A stretch of 64,000 nucleotides of DNA from Candidatus Multivorans sp. (GCA_965247095.1 OZ251997.1:3584001-3648000), one strand, 5' to 3'. Positions 21,863-31,761 are shown, counted from the first letter of the stretch. The notes: generated by a model not told the origin, from the letters alone. Program-made: numbers and translations.

Positions 21863-22807
21863 GTGACCAAAGTCGCCACCAACCGCCGGCGCCCCGCTGT
21901 CCTGGGCCTGCTGGCCTGCTTCTTAGTCGCGGTCGCCGCCGGTTGCGCGCCGGCCGAGCCGTCCGCGGAGGGCGCCGGGGCCGCGATCGTCGTCGACGCC
22001 GAGGCGGTGATGCGGGATCAGGTCGTGGCGCTGGGGCGGGATCTGGAGCTGCGCGGCGAGGCGCGCTCGGACGTCGTCGTCCTGAGCGGCGATGCCCGCA
22101 TCGACGGCACGGTGGCGGGCGACGTGATCGTGCTCGGCGGCGATGTCCACCTGGGACCGCCGGCCCGGTTGCTCGGCGATGTGTTCGTGCTGGGCGGCGA
22201 GGTGAACGCCGCGTCCGGGGCGGCGGTGGAGGGCCGCACGGTGGCCTATCCGCGGGCGCCGTCCTCTTGGCTCGTGCTCGCCGAGGGGCCGCTGATGGGC
22301 CGCTCGCCGCTGTCGCCCGCGGCGGCGATGCTCAACCTGGCGCTGCTGATGGCCTGGTTGCTCGTGTCGGTGGTCCTGGTCTGGGGCTTCGACTCGTCGC
22401 TGACGGTGACCGCCCAGAGTGTCCTGGAGCGGCCGTTTCGCAACTTCTTTGCCGGCCTGGTGGCGGTGCTCGCCGTGGCCGTGACCTTCGGCCTCCTGAC
22501 CGCGGCGGCGCCGGCCATGGTAGGAGCGCCGCTCCTCGTCGTCTGTGCCGTGGCGGCCATGGTGTGCAAGCTGTGGGGCACGGTGGCGGTGTTCATGGCG
22601 CTGGGGACGCGCCTGCTGCCGAACCGCCCGCGGGTCGCCGGCCGGCCGATGGCTGCCGTGCTTCTCGGGCTCCTCGCTCTGGGTCTGGTCAAGATGGTTC
22701 CCTATCTGGGTGGATGGACCTGGACCATCGTCACCTGCGTGGGGATCGGGGCGGCGCTGGACAGCAGGCTGGGGCGGCGTGAGCCGTGGTTTGACGGCTT
22801 GACCTGA
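21863..22807 (+). CDS. Membrane protein with a bactofilin-like beta-helix repeat
   Basis: Lipobox-like AAGC; repeated G-D-V-x-V-L-G-G-D-V units; multiple C-terminal TM helices. Confidence 0.75.
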   Translation: MTKVATNRRRPAVLGLLACFLVAVAAGCAPAEPSAEGAGAAIVVDAEAVMRDQVVALGRDLELRGEARSDVVVLSGDARIDGTVAGDVIVLGGDVHLGPPARLLGDVFVLGGEVNAASGAAVEGRTVAYPRAPSSWLVLAEGPLMGRSPLSPAAAMLNLALLMAWLLVSVVLVWGFDSSLTVTAQSVLERPFRNFFAGLVAVLAVAVTFGLLTAAAPAMVGAPLLVVCAVAAMVCKLWGTVAVFMALGTRLLPNRPRVAGRPMAAVLLGLLALGLVKMVPYLGGWTWTIVTCVGIGAALDSRLGRREPWFDGLT

Positions 22808-22813
22808 GGGCTT

Positions 22814-22841
22814 CGTTGCGTTCTGCGGCGCAGCCTCCTAG
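22814..22841. repeat. Half palindromic module B ending in CTAG
   Basis: cgttgcgttctgcggcgcagcctcctag, compare 53288-53315. Confidence 0.7.
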
Positions 22842-22851
22842 GCTGGCCGCG

Positions 22852-24684
22852 ATGTACTGCCAGGTATGCGGCACGCAGAACGGGGACGACGCGGAGTACT
22901 GCCAGCGCTGCCGGCAGAAGTTGATGGTGCTCTCCGGCGCCTCCGTGCCGCCTGCGGAGTCGCTGGATATTGGCGACGAGGAGTTCTCGTTCGACGAGCA
23001 CCTTCTGGAGCGCATCTCGATCCTGGAGGAGGTGCTCAAACGCACGGGCGAAACCGTGCAGAAGGTCCTGAGCGCCATGCACCGGCAGGAGGAGAGCATT
23101 CTCGTCCACCACGCCGGCATGCTTGCCCTTCGCGATCTTCTTGAACGCCAGGAGCTGATCGACGCCGCCGAGTGGAGCGATCTCTGGGAGTCCAAGATGG
23201 ACTACCAGTTCCTGGTGCTCGAGAAGCGGGAGCGGTTCGCGGCTGTCAAGGACCGGATCATCGGGCTCTACGAGGGTCGGCGCCGCGCCGGCTTCGAACA
23301 GCTTCTCGACGAGGCGGAGGTCGCTCTGGGCGGCCTCGACCTGGCCAAGGCGATGGAAGCCCTCGAGACGGCGGCCGTGGTCGACCGTGGCAATCACGAG
23401 CTGGCGCACTTCCTCGGCGAGTCGCACTTCCAGGAAGGACGCCTGGAGCGGGCGCTCGACTACTTCGGCTGTGTGCTGGCGACCAAGCCGGACCATGTCC
23501 AGGGTCTGGTCTACAGCGGCGTGATCCGTTTTCAGCAGGGTGAGGAACAACGCGGTCAGGAACTGCTGGAGAAGGCGGTCGTCCTCCATCGGGACGCCTT
23601 CCTCCCGCACTTCTGCCTCGGGGCGTCGCTGGCGGGCCGGGGGCAGTTGAAGTCGGCGGTGGCTTTCCTGGAACGCGCGGTCGAGATCGACGGGGTGCCG
23701 CAGGCGCTCTACCTGCTCGGTCGCTGCCGCTACGAGATGGGCCGGCTCGCGGCGGCGATCGAATCCCTCGGGCAGGCGGTGCAGGTCGACCCCTCGTTCG
23801 AGGAATGCCATCACCTCCTCGGTCTCTGCTACCTGGACCGGGGCTGGAACCGCAAGGCCCTGGCCGCGTTCCGCACCGCTCAGCAACTGAACCCGCGGCG
23901 GATGCGCTACCGCGATCTGGTCGCCTACCTCTCGGGCCGGACCGGCGCCGAGTTGCCGGCGACCAGTCCGGCGGCTGCCGACTGGGTGGGCCGCGGCGAG
24001 GAGGCGATCGGCGCCGGCGACGCGGCGGAGGCGCTGCGCTGCTACCGCGAGGCGCTCGCACTCGATCCGGACAATCCGACCCTGCTGATGACCTACGCCC
24101 TGGCGTGTCTCCGGCTCGACCGCAGTCAGGAGATCGGTCAGTTGACCCAGCGCGTGCTCGATTCGAATGCCGGCGAGATGCTGCGCGCGACGGCCTACGC
24201 GACCCTGATCGAGTCTCTGCGCAGCGAGGGGAAGTACTTGGAGGGAAACAAGGTCGGGCGCCGGCTGCTGGACGAGGGCGGGTCGAACTTCTCGAAGAGC
24301 ATCGCCTACTACGAGATGGCCTACAACCTGGCCGAGATGGACGAGGACCTGGACAAGGCGCTCGACTTCGCGCGCCGGTCCCTGGAGCACGCGCCGGAGG
24401 AGTTGCGCCAGTTCCCGCTCGCCGCGCTGGGTTGGGTCCACTACAAGCGCCGGGAGTTGGACGAGGCGATCGACTTCCTGTCGCAGTCGACGGAACTCGG
24501 ACCGTCGACGACGGTGCTCACCCGGCTGGGCATGGCGCTTCTGGCGTCCGGCGACGAGGATCAGGCGCGCGGCGTGCTGGCCCGGGCACGCCGGCTCGAT
24601 GACCGCGGTGGCGCGATCGAAGAACGGATGATGGAGTTCATGAAAGACTCCGCGCGGATCATCGAACGCGTGCGCGGTCGCTAG
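22852..24684 (+). CDS. Zinc-ribbon + multi-TPR protein
   Basis: MYCQVCG...YCQRC, a coiled region, then many TPRs. Confidence 0.85.
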   Translation: MYCQVCGTQNGDDAEYCQRCRQKLMVLSGASVPPAESLDIGDEEFSFDEHLLERISILEEVLKRTGETVQKVLSAMHRQEESILVHHAGMLALRDLLERQELIDAAEWSDLWESKMDYQFLVLEKRERFAAVKDRIIGLYEGRRRAGFEQLLDEAEVALGGLDLAKAMEALETAAVVDRGNHELAHFLGESHFQEGRLERALDYFGCVLATKPDHVQGLVYSGVIRFQQGEEQRGQELLEKAVVLHRDAFLPHFCLGASLAGRGQLKSAVAFLERAVEIDGVPQALYLLGRCRYEMGRLAAAIESLGQAVQVDPSFEECHHLLGLCYLDRGWNRKALAAFRTAQQLNPRRMRYRDLVAYLSGRTGAELPATSPAAADWVGRGEEAIGAGDAAEALRCYREALALDPDNPTLLMTYALACLRLDRSQEIGQLTQRVLDSNAGEMLRATAYATLIESLRSEGKYLEGNKVGRRLLDEGGSNFSKSIAYYEMAYNLAEMDEDLDKALDFARRSLEHAPEELRQFPLAALGWVHYKRRELDEAIDFLSQSTELGPSTTVLTRLGMALLASGDEDQARGVLARARRLDDRGGAIEERMMEFMKDSARIIERVRGR

Positions 24685-24730
24685 CGCCGCTGCTCCGTAC
24701 CGAATCGCCTTCAGAGGTCCCGGCAAGACG

Positions 24731-26458
24731 ATGCGTTGGAGCAACTACTACCTGATGACCGCCCGCGAGGCGCCCAGGGACGCCGAGGTCATAAGCCACC
24801 GGTTGATGGCCCGGGCGGGCCTGCTGCGGCGACTCGCGGCCGGGATCTACACGTTGCAGCCGGCCGGCTGGCGGACGCTGCGCAAGCTGATGGGAAACGT
24901 CCGGCGGGAGATGGAGCGGGCCGGCGCGATCGAACTGTCCATGCCGGCGATCCAGCCCGCCGAGTTGTGGGAGGAGTCCCAGCGCTGGTTCAAGTACGGC
25001 GCCGAGCTCTTGCGCATGGAGGACCGGCATGGCCGGCGGTTCTGCTTCGGTCCGACGCACGAGGAGGTGGTCACCGATCTCGTGCGGCGCGACGTGAAGA
25101 GTTACCGCCAGTTGCCGATCAACCTGTTCCAGATCCAGACCAAGTTCAGGGACGAGATCCGGCCTCGCTTCGGGCTCATGCGCGGCCGGGAGTTCCTGAT
25201 GAAGGACGCCTACTCGTTCGACGCTACAAAGGAGAGTCTCGACCGGAGCTACCGGGCGATGCACGCCGCCTACTCGCGCATCTTCGAGGCCTGCGGCCTC
25301 GAGTACTCCGTGGTCGAAGCGGACTCCGGGACGATCGGCGGTTCGTCGTCGCACGAGTTCATGGTGCTCGCCGACACGGGTGAGAGCGCGGTCGCAAGTT
25401 GCGCCGCCTGCGGCTACGGCGCGAACGTGGAGCGGGCGGAGGTCGGCGAGCTGCCGGTGCCGGCCGCGGATGGCGGCGAAGCCCCGAGGGAGGTCACGAC
25501 GCCGGGAACGACGACCGTGGCACAGGTTGCCGAACTGCTCGAGGTCGAGCCGGCGCAGGTGGTCAAGACGCTGATCTACGCAACGGACGACGGCCTGGCG
25601 GCGGTCGCGATCCGCGGCGACCGCGAGGTGAACGAGGTCAAGCTGCTGAACATTCTCGGCGGCCTCGGCCTGCGTCTGGCGACGGTCGAGCAGGTCGAGG
25701 CGGCGACCGGCGGTCCGCACGGCTTCTCGGGTCCGGTGGGCCTTCCCGCCGAGGTGCGCCTGGTGGTGGACGAATCGGCCCGTCCTCTCGCCGGCTTCGT
25801 CTGCGGCGCCAACAAGGGCGACCGGCACCTCGCCTCCGTACGCTGGGACCGCGACGTGGCGAGCACGCGGCCGGTCGAATGGGTCGACGTGATGACCGCC
25901 GCCCACGGCGATCCGTGCCCGCGCTGCAGCGGCGGCGAGCTGCGGCTCTCGCGCGGCATCGAGGTCGGCCACATCTTCAAGCTGGGCACGACCTACTCCG
26001 AGAAGATGAACTGCACCTTCACGGATGAGCACGGCCGGCTTCGACCGATGGAGATGGGCTGCTATGGCCTGGGCATCGGGCGCACCGCCGCGGCCGCGAT
26101 CGAGCAGGGCCACGACCGCGACGGCATCATCTGGCCCGTGCCCCTCTCGCCGTTCACGGTCGTTCTCACTTCCCTCGATCCGGGCGACGAAGCGGTGCGC
26201 TCGGCCGCCGACTCGCTCTACGAGGAACTCATGGACGTGCTCGCTCCTGCCGGTTTCGACGTGCTCTACGACGACCGTGCGGAACGGCCCGGCGTCAAGT
26301 TCAAGGACGCCGACCTGGTCGGCTTCCCGGTCCGGGTCGTGGTCGGCGCGCGCTCCCTCGCGAACGGGGGCGCCGAGGTCTCGAACCGGCAGGACGGCGA
26401 GCGCGAGGTGGTTCCGTTGGACCAGGTGTCAGGCGTCGTCCTCGGCCGGCTCCGCTAG
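24731..26458 (+). CDS. proS: Proline--tRNA ligase
   Basis: GPTHEE, FRDEIRPRFGLMRGREF, INS editing domain, MGCYGLG. Confidence 0.97.
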   Translation: MRWSNYYLMTAREAPRDAEVISHRLMARAGLLRRLAAGIYTLQPAGWRTLRKLMGNVRREMERAGAIELSMPAIQPAELWEESQRWFKYGAELLRMEDRHGRRFCFGPTHEEVVTDLVRRDVKSYRQLPINLFQIQTKFRDEIRPRFGLMRGREFLMKDAYSFDATKESLDRSYRAMHAAYSRIFEACGLEYSVVEADSGTIGGSSSHEFMVLADTGESAVASCAACGYGANVERAEVGELPVPAADGGEAPREVTTPGTTTVAQVAELLEVEPAQVVKTLIYATDDGLAAVAIRGDREVNEVKLLNILGGLGLRLATVEQVEAATGGPHGFSGPVGLPAEVRLVVDESARPLAGFVCGANKGDRHLASVRWDRDVASTRPVEWVDVMTAAHGDPCPRCSGGELRLSRGIEVGHIFKLGTTYSEKMNCTFTDEHGRLRPMEMGCYGLGIGRTAAAAIEQGHDRDGIIWPVPLSPFTVVLTSLDPGDEAVRSAADSLYEELMDVLAPAGFDVLYDDRAERPGVKFKDADLVGFPVRVVVGARSLANGGAEVSNRQDGEREVVPLDQVSGVVLGRLR

Positions 26459-27781
26459 GACATCAACCCGCAACGCAACAATCCGGTTCCCGTCCACCTC
26501 CAACACCTCAAGACGCAGGCGCCCGGCTTCGACGGCGTCGCCCGGTTCGGCGGTGCGGCCGAGTTCGGAGAGCGCGATGCCGGCCACGGTGTCCTCCTCG
26601 CGCGCGTCGGCGATCTCGATCTCGAGTTCGTCCTCGAGGTCGTCGATCAGCATTCCGCCGAGAACCTTGTAGCCGCCGTCCTCGAGGCGGACGAATTCCG
26701 GGACCTCGGCGTCGAACTCGTCCTGGATCTCGCCGACGATCTCCTCCAGGACGTTCTCCAGCGTGACGAGGCCGGCAACGCCGCCGTATTCGTCGAAGAC
26801 CGCCACCATATGGATGTGCTCGTGGCGCATTCGGGCCATCAACTGGTCGAGCGGCAGGGTCTCGGGCACCGCGAACGTCTCGCGGGCGATGTCGCGCAGG
26901 GAGGCCGGCGGATCCTCGGCAATGAACAGGTCCTTGATGTGGACCAGGCCGATCAGTTGGTCGAGGTCCCCCTCGCAGAGCGGGAAGCGGGTATGGCCGC
27001 TGCGGCGCGCGCGGTCGAGATTCGCCTCCATCGGGGCGGTGGCGTCGAGGTAGACGACCTCGGTGCGGGGCACCATCACCTGGCGGGCGTTGCGGTCGGA
27101 GAGTTCGAACACGTTGTCGAGCAGCTCCCGCTTGGGGTCGGAGAGTTCGGTGTCCTCCTCGGAGGCGAGCAGACTCCGGATCTCCTCCTCGCTGTGGGCC
27201 AGTTCGCCGTGGCCGACCGGTTCGATGCCGAACAGGCGCAGGACGGCGTTCGCCATCTGGTTCAGCACCCAGATGCCGGGATAGGTGATCCGGTAGAACG
27301 CCCACAGCGGCAGCGCGACCCAGAGACTCGTCGGTTCGGGTTTGCGGATCGCCAGCGACTTCGGCGCCAGTTCGCCGAGCACGATGTGCAGCATGCTGAT
27401 GAACAGGAAGGCGACCGTCAGGCTGGCCGATTGGGCGACTCCCGGAGACAGGTTCGGCACCAGGTTGAACAGCGGCCTGAGCAGCCAGGTGACCGCCGGC
27501 TCGCCGATCCAGCCGAGACCGAGGCTCGACAGCGTGATGCCGAGCTGGGTCGCCGACAGGCAGGCGTCGAGCTGGTCGATCATGCGCTGCGCCATGCGGC
27601 CCCGGAGGGTGTCCACATGCGGGGCGATCTGGGTCGGACGGACCTTGACCAGCGCGAACTCGGCGGCGACGAAGAACCCGTTCAGGCCGACCAGGAAGAT
27701 GGCCAGGGCGAGCCCCCAGCCGGGCGGGAGTTCTGCGAGGCCCATGGGCGGCCCGGTGACCGCCAGGAACTGCGGCATCAT
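26429..27781 (-). CDS. HlyC/CorC (CNNM/DUF21-CBS-CorC) family transporter
   Basis: NGFFVAAEFALV, TQLGIT, GELAPK, CBS pair (HTRFP; DEYGG), CorC tail. Confidence 0.93.
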   Translation of the reverse strand: MMPQFLAVTGPPMGLAELPPGWGLALAIFLVGLNGFFVAAEFALVKVRPTQIAPHVDTLRGRMAQRMIDQLDACLSATQLGITLSSLGLGWIGEPAVTWLLRPLFNLVPNLSPGVAQSASLTVAFLFISMLHIVLGELAPKSLAIRKPEPTSLWVALPLWAFYRITYPGIWVLNQMANAVLRLFGIEPVGHGELAHSEEEIRSLLASEEDTELSDPKRELLDNVFELSDRNARQVMVPRTEVVYLDATAPMEANLDRARRSGHTRFPLCEGDLDQLIGLVHIKDLFIAEDPPASLRDIARETFAVPETLPLDQLMARMRHEHIHMVAVFDEYGGVAGLVTLENVLEEIVGEIQDEFDAEVPEFVRLEDGGYKVLGGMLIDDLEDELEIEIADAREEDTVAGIALSELGRTAEPGDAVEAGRLRLEVLEVDGNRIVALRVDVLAEPAEDDA

Positions 27782-27930
27782 CGGCGCTCAGCCCGAAGGA
27801 AGGCCGGGGGCCGCGGCGAACGGGACGAGTGGCGCTCCTCCTGGTCTGTTGAGGTGCGCTGGTCGGAGTCCGGGTCGGGTTCGTCCGGACTGGGGTCGGA
27901 TGGCGAAGGATCCGAAGCTTCGTCGTTCAC
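27778..27930 (-). CDS. Putative 50-aa Pro/Asp-rich leader peptide (uORF)
   Basis: MNDEASDPSPSDPSPDEPDPDSDQRTSTDQEERHSSRSPRPPAFLRAERR*; its stop overlaps the hlyC ATG; TAGGCT lies 8 nt upstream of the GTG. Confidence 0.5.
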   Translation of the reverse strand: MNDEASDPSPSDPSPDEPDPDSDQRTSTDQEERHSSRSPRPPAFLRAERR

Positions 27931-27948
27931 GCGCGGAAAGCCTAGCAG

Positions 27949-28226
27949 CTAGGAGGGCGCTACAGCCGCCGAACCCGTCGCAGACTCCCTGTTTGGCCCC
28001 AGCCCCCACCTCACCAGGAGCTTGCGCCGCAGAACTGATTGCATTGCGTTTCTGCTACGCAAGCTTGCATGGAACAAGCTCCTGGGAACGCGGGCATCCT
28101 GCCCGCATCCGGACGCCGCGTCGTTCCCTGCGCGACAGCGCAGCGATACCGCTGTGGGTACTTGCATGGAACAAGCCCTGTTCCCTGTGCGTCAGCGCGG
28201 CGCGGACGCCGCGACTCGACTCCTAG
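27949..28226. repeat. Composite repeat (modules A-B-C-D) bounded by CTAG
   Basis: Segments match 4425-4531, 16208-16239 and 2465-2525/38606-38660; direct repeat cttgcatggaacaagc at 28064 and 28161. Confidence 0.85.
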
Positions 28227-29467
28227 TCGTGCCAGCTCCGGGGCTCGGTCTGGCGCCGGACGTGGAGGCCGGCTGCCGCGATCGACTCGATCAACTCTTC
28301 CACGTGCTCCGGGCCGCGCGTCTCGAGCCGCAGCTCGATGTGCACTTCGTTCAGGCCGAGCGCTGTAAACGCGCGTTCGTGGTGGGTCTCGATCACGTTG
28401 GCGCCGGCATCCCCGACCAGGTTGAGCAGCGCGCCGAGGGCGCCGGGCCGATCCTTGACGCAGACATCGAGCTGCACCAGGCGGCCGTCCTTGGTCAGGC
28501 CGCGCTCGATGATGCGGTTGAGCAGGGTGACGTCGATGTTGCCGCCCGTCAGCACCATCGCCGTCCGGCGTCCCTTCGCCTGCGGCACGTGGCCGCCCTT
28601 GACCGCGGCCAGGACGGAGGCGCCGGCGCCTTCGACCACCGTCTTCTCGCGCTCGAGCAGCAGCAGCACCGCGTTGGCGATCTCCTCCTCGTCCACCGTC
28701 ACCAGGTCGTCGACGAGTTCCGCGACCAGCTTCAGGGTCAGGGCGGCCGGACGCTTGACCGCGATGCCATCGGCGATCGTGTGGCGGCGGTCGACGGCCA
28801 CCGGCTCGCCGGCGGCGAGGCTCTCTCTCATCGAGGGTACGGCCTCCGTCTGCACGCCGATGATCCGCGTCTGCGGCCGGTGCGCCTTGTACGCCGCGGC
28901 GATGCCGGAGATCAGGCCGCCGCCGCCGACCGGCACCACGATGACCTCGAGGTCGGGCGCCTGGGCCATCAGCTCGAAGCCGATGGTGCCCTGCCCGGCG
29001 ATCACCTGGGCGTCGTCGAACGGATGCACGTAGGTCGCTCCGTTCTCCGCTTCCAGTTCGTGCGCGTGGGCCTGGGCATCGTCGAACGTCTCTCCGGCCA
29101 GCCGCACGTCGGCGCCGAAGCTGCGCGTGTTCGTGACCTTGATCAGCGGCGTGGGCAGCGGCATGACCACGGTCGCCTCGAGGCCGAGCCGGCCGGCGTG
29201 GTAGGCGACCGCCTGCCCGTGGTTGCCGGCGGAGGCGGTGATCAGACCCCGCTGCCGCTCCTCTTCAGAGAGCGTGAGGATGCGGTTCAGAGCTCCCCGT
29301 TCCTTGAACGAGCCGGTCATCTGCAGGTTCTCGAGCTTGAAGTAGGCGTCGAGACCGCAGAGCCGCGAGAAGTACTCCGACCGGGCGCAGGGGCTGACGT
29401 AGATCGAGCCGGCGATCCTTCGCCGCGCCTCCTCGATCAGCTCCGCCATCTGGAAACTGGATGTCAT
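28223..29467 (-). CDS. ilvA: Threonine ammonia-lyase with ACT domain
   Basis: KLENLQMTGSFKERGA, SAGNH, PVGGGGLISG, GGNID, C-terminal ACT. Confidence 0.93.
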   Translation of the reverse strand: MTSSFQMAELIEEARRRIAGSIYVSPCARSEYFSRLCGLDAYFKLENLQMTGSFKERGALNRILTLSEEERQRGLITASAGNHGQAVAYHAGRLGLEATVVMPLPTPLIKVTNTRSFGADVRLAGETFDDAQAHAHELEAENGATYVHPFDDAQVIAGQGTIGFELMAQAPDLEVIVVPVGGGGLISGIAAAYKAHRPQTRIIGVQTEAVPSMRESLAAGEPVAVDRRHTIADGIAVKRPAALTLKLVAELVDDLVTVDEEEIANAVLLLLEREKTVVEGAGASVLAAVKGGHVPQAKGRRTAMVLTGGNIDVTLLNRIIERGLTKDGRLVQLDVCVKDRPGALGALLNLVGDAGANVIETHHERAFTALGLNEVHIELRLETRGPEHVEELIESIAAAGLHVRRQTEPRSWHD

Positions 29468-29507
29468 CCTGCGATTCTGCAACAAAGCGGCACTTGCGGG
29501 GCGGAGG

Positions 29508-30956
29508 TCAATAGCGGGTGTCGATGTAGTAGGCGGACCGGCCGGGGCAGGGGTAGCCGGTCTTGTCCTTGTGCTTGTTGAGTCGGCTGGTGCGCGTCTT
29601 GCGGTAAAACCGCTTGCCGCAACGGTTGCACGCGTAGACATAGGTTGGTCCGCGGGAGCGGCTGCGCGGGCGCGGTGAACGGAGGCCCTTCGGGCCGGTC
29701 AAGGCGGACCGTGTTGACAGCACACTGCCTCTGGTGGCGGTCGGTGCGACGGAGACGGGGCCCGAAGGGGTGAGTTCGACTTCGAAGCGCGGGATGAAGC
29801 TCTCGTTGGTGACAAGCGCGCCCTGGATTCGGTCGAGCCGATAGCTACGGTGGGCGTTCTTGTCGCGGTTGTGGGCGTGGAGGATGATGTCGTCTGCGAG
29901 GGTGCGGCGCAGGGAGTAGGGTTCGATCCGTCGGGTCGAGCCCTGATAGAGGAGATCGACACAGAGTCGGTTGGACGCGGCGAAGCGGATGACATCGAGA
30001 TGGGCTTGCATGGTCGGCCAGGCATGGATGGGGACCGAAGCGGGGAACGGAACGATGCGGGTGCGGATGACGTCCTCGCCGGCTCCGCCGAGATACGCGG
30101 CAAGCGGACGGGGTGCGCGGCCGTTGGCGAGCCATGTGAAGAAGGCGGGCAGTTCGTCCCAGAAGGTCTCGAACGGGGGCAGCATGGGTAGCTGGTGCGC
30201 GAGCATCTGCGCCCAGCCACTCTCGAGCAGGGGGCGTGACGGCTCGAGGTGGCTGAAGACAGGTAGGTCGATGCCTTTGAATGCACACTTTTGACGAAGC
30301 ACGTTGGCAAGCACAGCCGGCTTCGGCCGTGCGTCGACACGGCGAAAGAGGTTGACGACATCGTAGAGGTCGCGGGGCCGGGCGCGTTCGGCAAGAGTTC
30401 TGGTCTTTTCGGCGAAGGCCTCTTCGTACGCGTACGACCCGATGGCGATGCCCTCGGGCGGCTCGTCGCTGTAGGGGTGAAAGACGCGCGAGCGGACCGC
30501 AGGGAGGACGAGGACCTCGTCGGCGGTCAGGTCGAACTTGACGCGGGGCATGTTCGAGCCGCGCGGGGAGACCGGGCCGCGGTAGGCGATGCGGGCTTGG
30601 CAGGAGAGTTTTCCGCAGGGGTTCCGGTAGAGGTCGAACCGCTGGGCGTCCGTGGGGACCTCGATCCCGGTGCGGTCGTAGACGGCGTCGGCGACGCCGG
30701 CGAACACCTTGGTCAGGAAATCCTTGTCGAGATGGGCGTCGTCGGCAAGAGTGAAGTCGAGGTCCTCGGAGAACCGGTAGGTCTCGAAGAAGCACTTCTT
30801 CAGGCAGGTGCCCCCCTTGAAGGTCCAAGTGTCGGCGATCGCTTCGTGGTTTGCGACGCCCCAGAGCAGCCAGCCAAGGACGTAGTCTTTTTCCACGACG
30901 TGGGGCGTGAGCCCGAGGCCTGTCGCCGCGTCGAGGATCTCGCGCTTGTCAATCAT
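29508..30956 (-). CDS. AbiEii-type nucleotidyltransferase toxin fused to WYL and Zn-finger domains
   Basis: EKDY, FKGGTCLKK..YRFSEDLDF, RPRDLYD; WYL (RRIEPYSL...RSYRLDRI); CNRC...H...C tail. Confidence 0.88.
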   Translation of the reverse strand: MIDKREILDAATGLGLTPHVVEKDYVLGWLLWGVANHEAIADTWTFKGGTCLKKCFFETYRFSEDLDFTLADDAHLDKDFLTKVFAGVADAVYDRTGIEVPTDAQRFDLYRNPCGKLSCQARIAYRGPVSPRGSNMPRVKFDLTADEVLVLPAVRSRVFHPYSDEPPEGIAIGSYAYEEAFAEKTRTLAERARPRDLYDVVNLFRRVDARPKPAVLANVLRQKCAFKGIDLPVFSHLEPSRPLLESGWAQMLAHQLPMLPPFETFWDELPAFFTWLANGRAPRPLAAYLGGAGEDVIRTRIVPFPASVPIHAWPTMQAHLDVIRFAASNRLCVDLLYQGSTRRIEPYSLRRTLADDIILHAHNRDKNAHRSYRLDRIQGALVTNESFIPRFEVELTPSGPVSVAPTATRGSVLSTRSALTGPKGLRSPRPRSRSRGPTYVYACNRCGKRFYRKTRTSRLNKHKDKTGYPCPGRSAYYIDTRY

Positions 30957-31761
30957 GTGTGGGCGCTTTCGGCCACTGTACCGGCACCCGGAGGCGCCAC
31001 CGGCGAACGGGGTGCGAACATGGCAAGGCGGGGTCGAGCTTGGCGTATCCCTTGGTGAGCCTGGTGCGGCAAGCGTCGGCGAGCGGGATGTCGCCGCGCT
31101 GTTCCGCCAGGAAGCCGAGGCGCTTGAACACGGCGCCGTTGCCCAGGGTCTCGGCATAGTCGACCAGGGCATCGTCGTTGCGGTCGTCGTGCGGCAGGTA
31201 GGCTGCGACACAGTCGGCGACATGCTGGACGCCGCCGCCGATGGCGGGTTCGTCGAGGAGGTCAACGATCGTGCGGTGCACGTCTGACACCGGAACTCTG
31301 GTACTGCCGCGCCAGACGCCTGCGGTGCCGAAGAGCTTCCGGGGAAGGACATGGCGCAACAGAAATGGCGTGCCGTGATGCGCTCGGTGTTTGGCGTGTA
31401 CGGGCCGCGTGGTCATGACGACGATGGGCCGGAACAGTTGCTCGGTGAGGTCCCAGTGTTCGGCGGCGGTCCAGCCGCCGATGTAGGCTGGCGCGAATAG
31501 GGCAGGGACAAGTACCCAGGGATCGTCGAGGACGTGTTCGCGGTCGATGGAGTCCAATTGCGCCAATGCATAGGTGCCGGGGCCGACGCGTCTCAGCCAG
31601 CCCTGGCGAACCCAGCGCCAGAGCATCTTTGTAGCCGCCGGCCGGGTGACGGCCAGGGCGGCGACGGTGTCGTCGATACGGATGAGATCGTTGGCCTGCC
31701 TCGCGACGGCCGCGAGGTTGCGCCTGCCTTGGGGGATGGACGATGTGCGGGGTTTCTGCAT
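30949..31761 (-). CDS. AbiEi-type antitoxin/transcriptional regulator
   Basis: wHTH (GWLRRVGPGTY), YIGGWTAAEHWDLTEQ, KRLGFL; overlaps the toxin start by 8 bp. Confidence 0.85.
   Translation of the reverse strand: MQKPRTSSIPQGRRNLAAVARQANDLIRIDDTVAALAVTRPAATKMLWRWVRQGWLRRVGPGTYALAQLDSIDREHVLDDPWVLVPALFAPAYIGGWTAAEHWDLTEQLFRPIVVMTTRPVHAKHRAHHGTPFLLRHVLPRKLFGTAGVWRGSTRVPVSDVHRTIVDLLDEPAIGGGVQHVADCVAAYLPHDDRNDDALVDYAETLGNGAVFKRLGFLAEQRGDIPLADACRTRLTKGYAKLDPALPCSHPVRRWRLRVPVQWPKAPTHD

Noticed and set aside
26429-26458. Functional significance of the proS/hlyC 30-bp convergent overlap
   Set aside because: Short tail overlaps are common in GC-rich genomes
30957-31352. 614-aa N-terminally extended AbiEii from the ORF track
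   Set aside because: The extension overlaps abiEi in another frame; the conserved protein starts at MIDKREI (30956)
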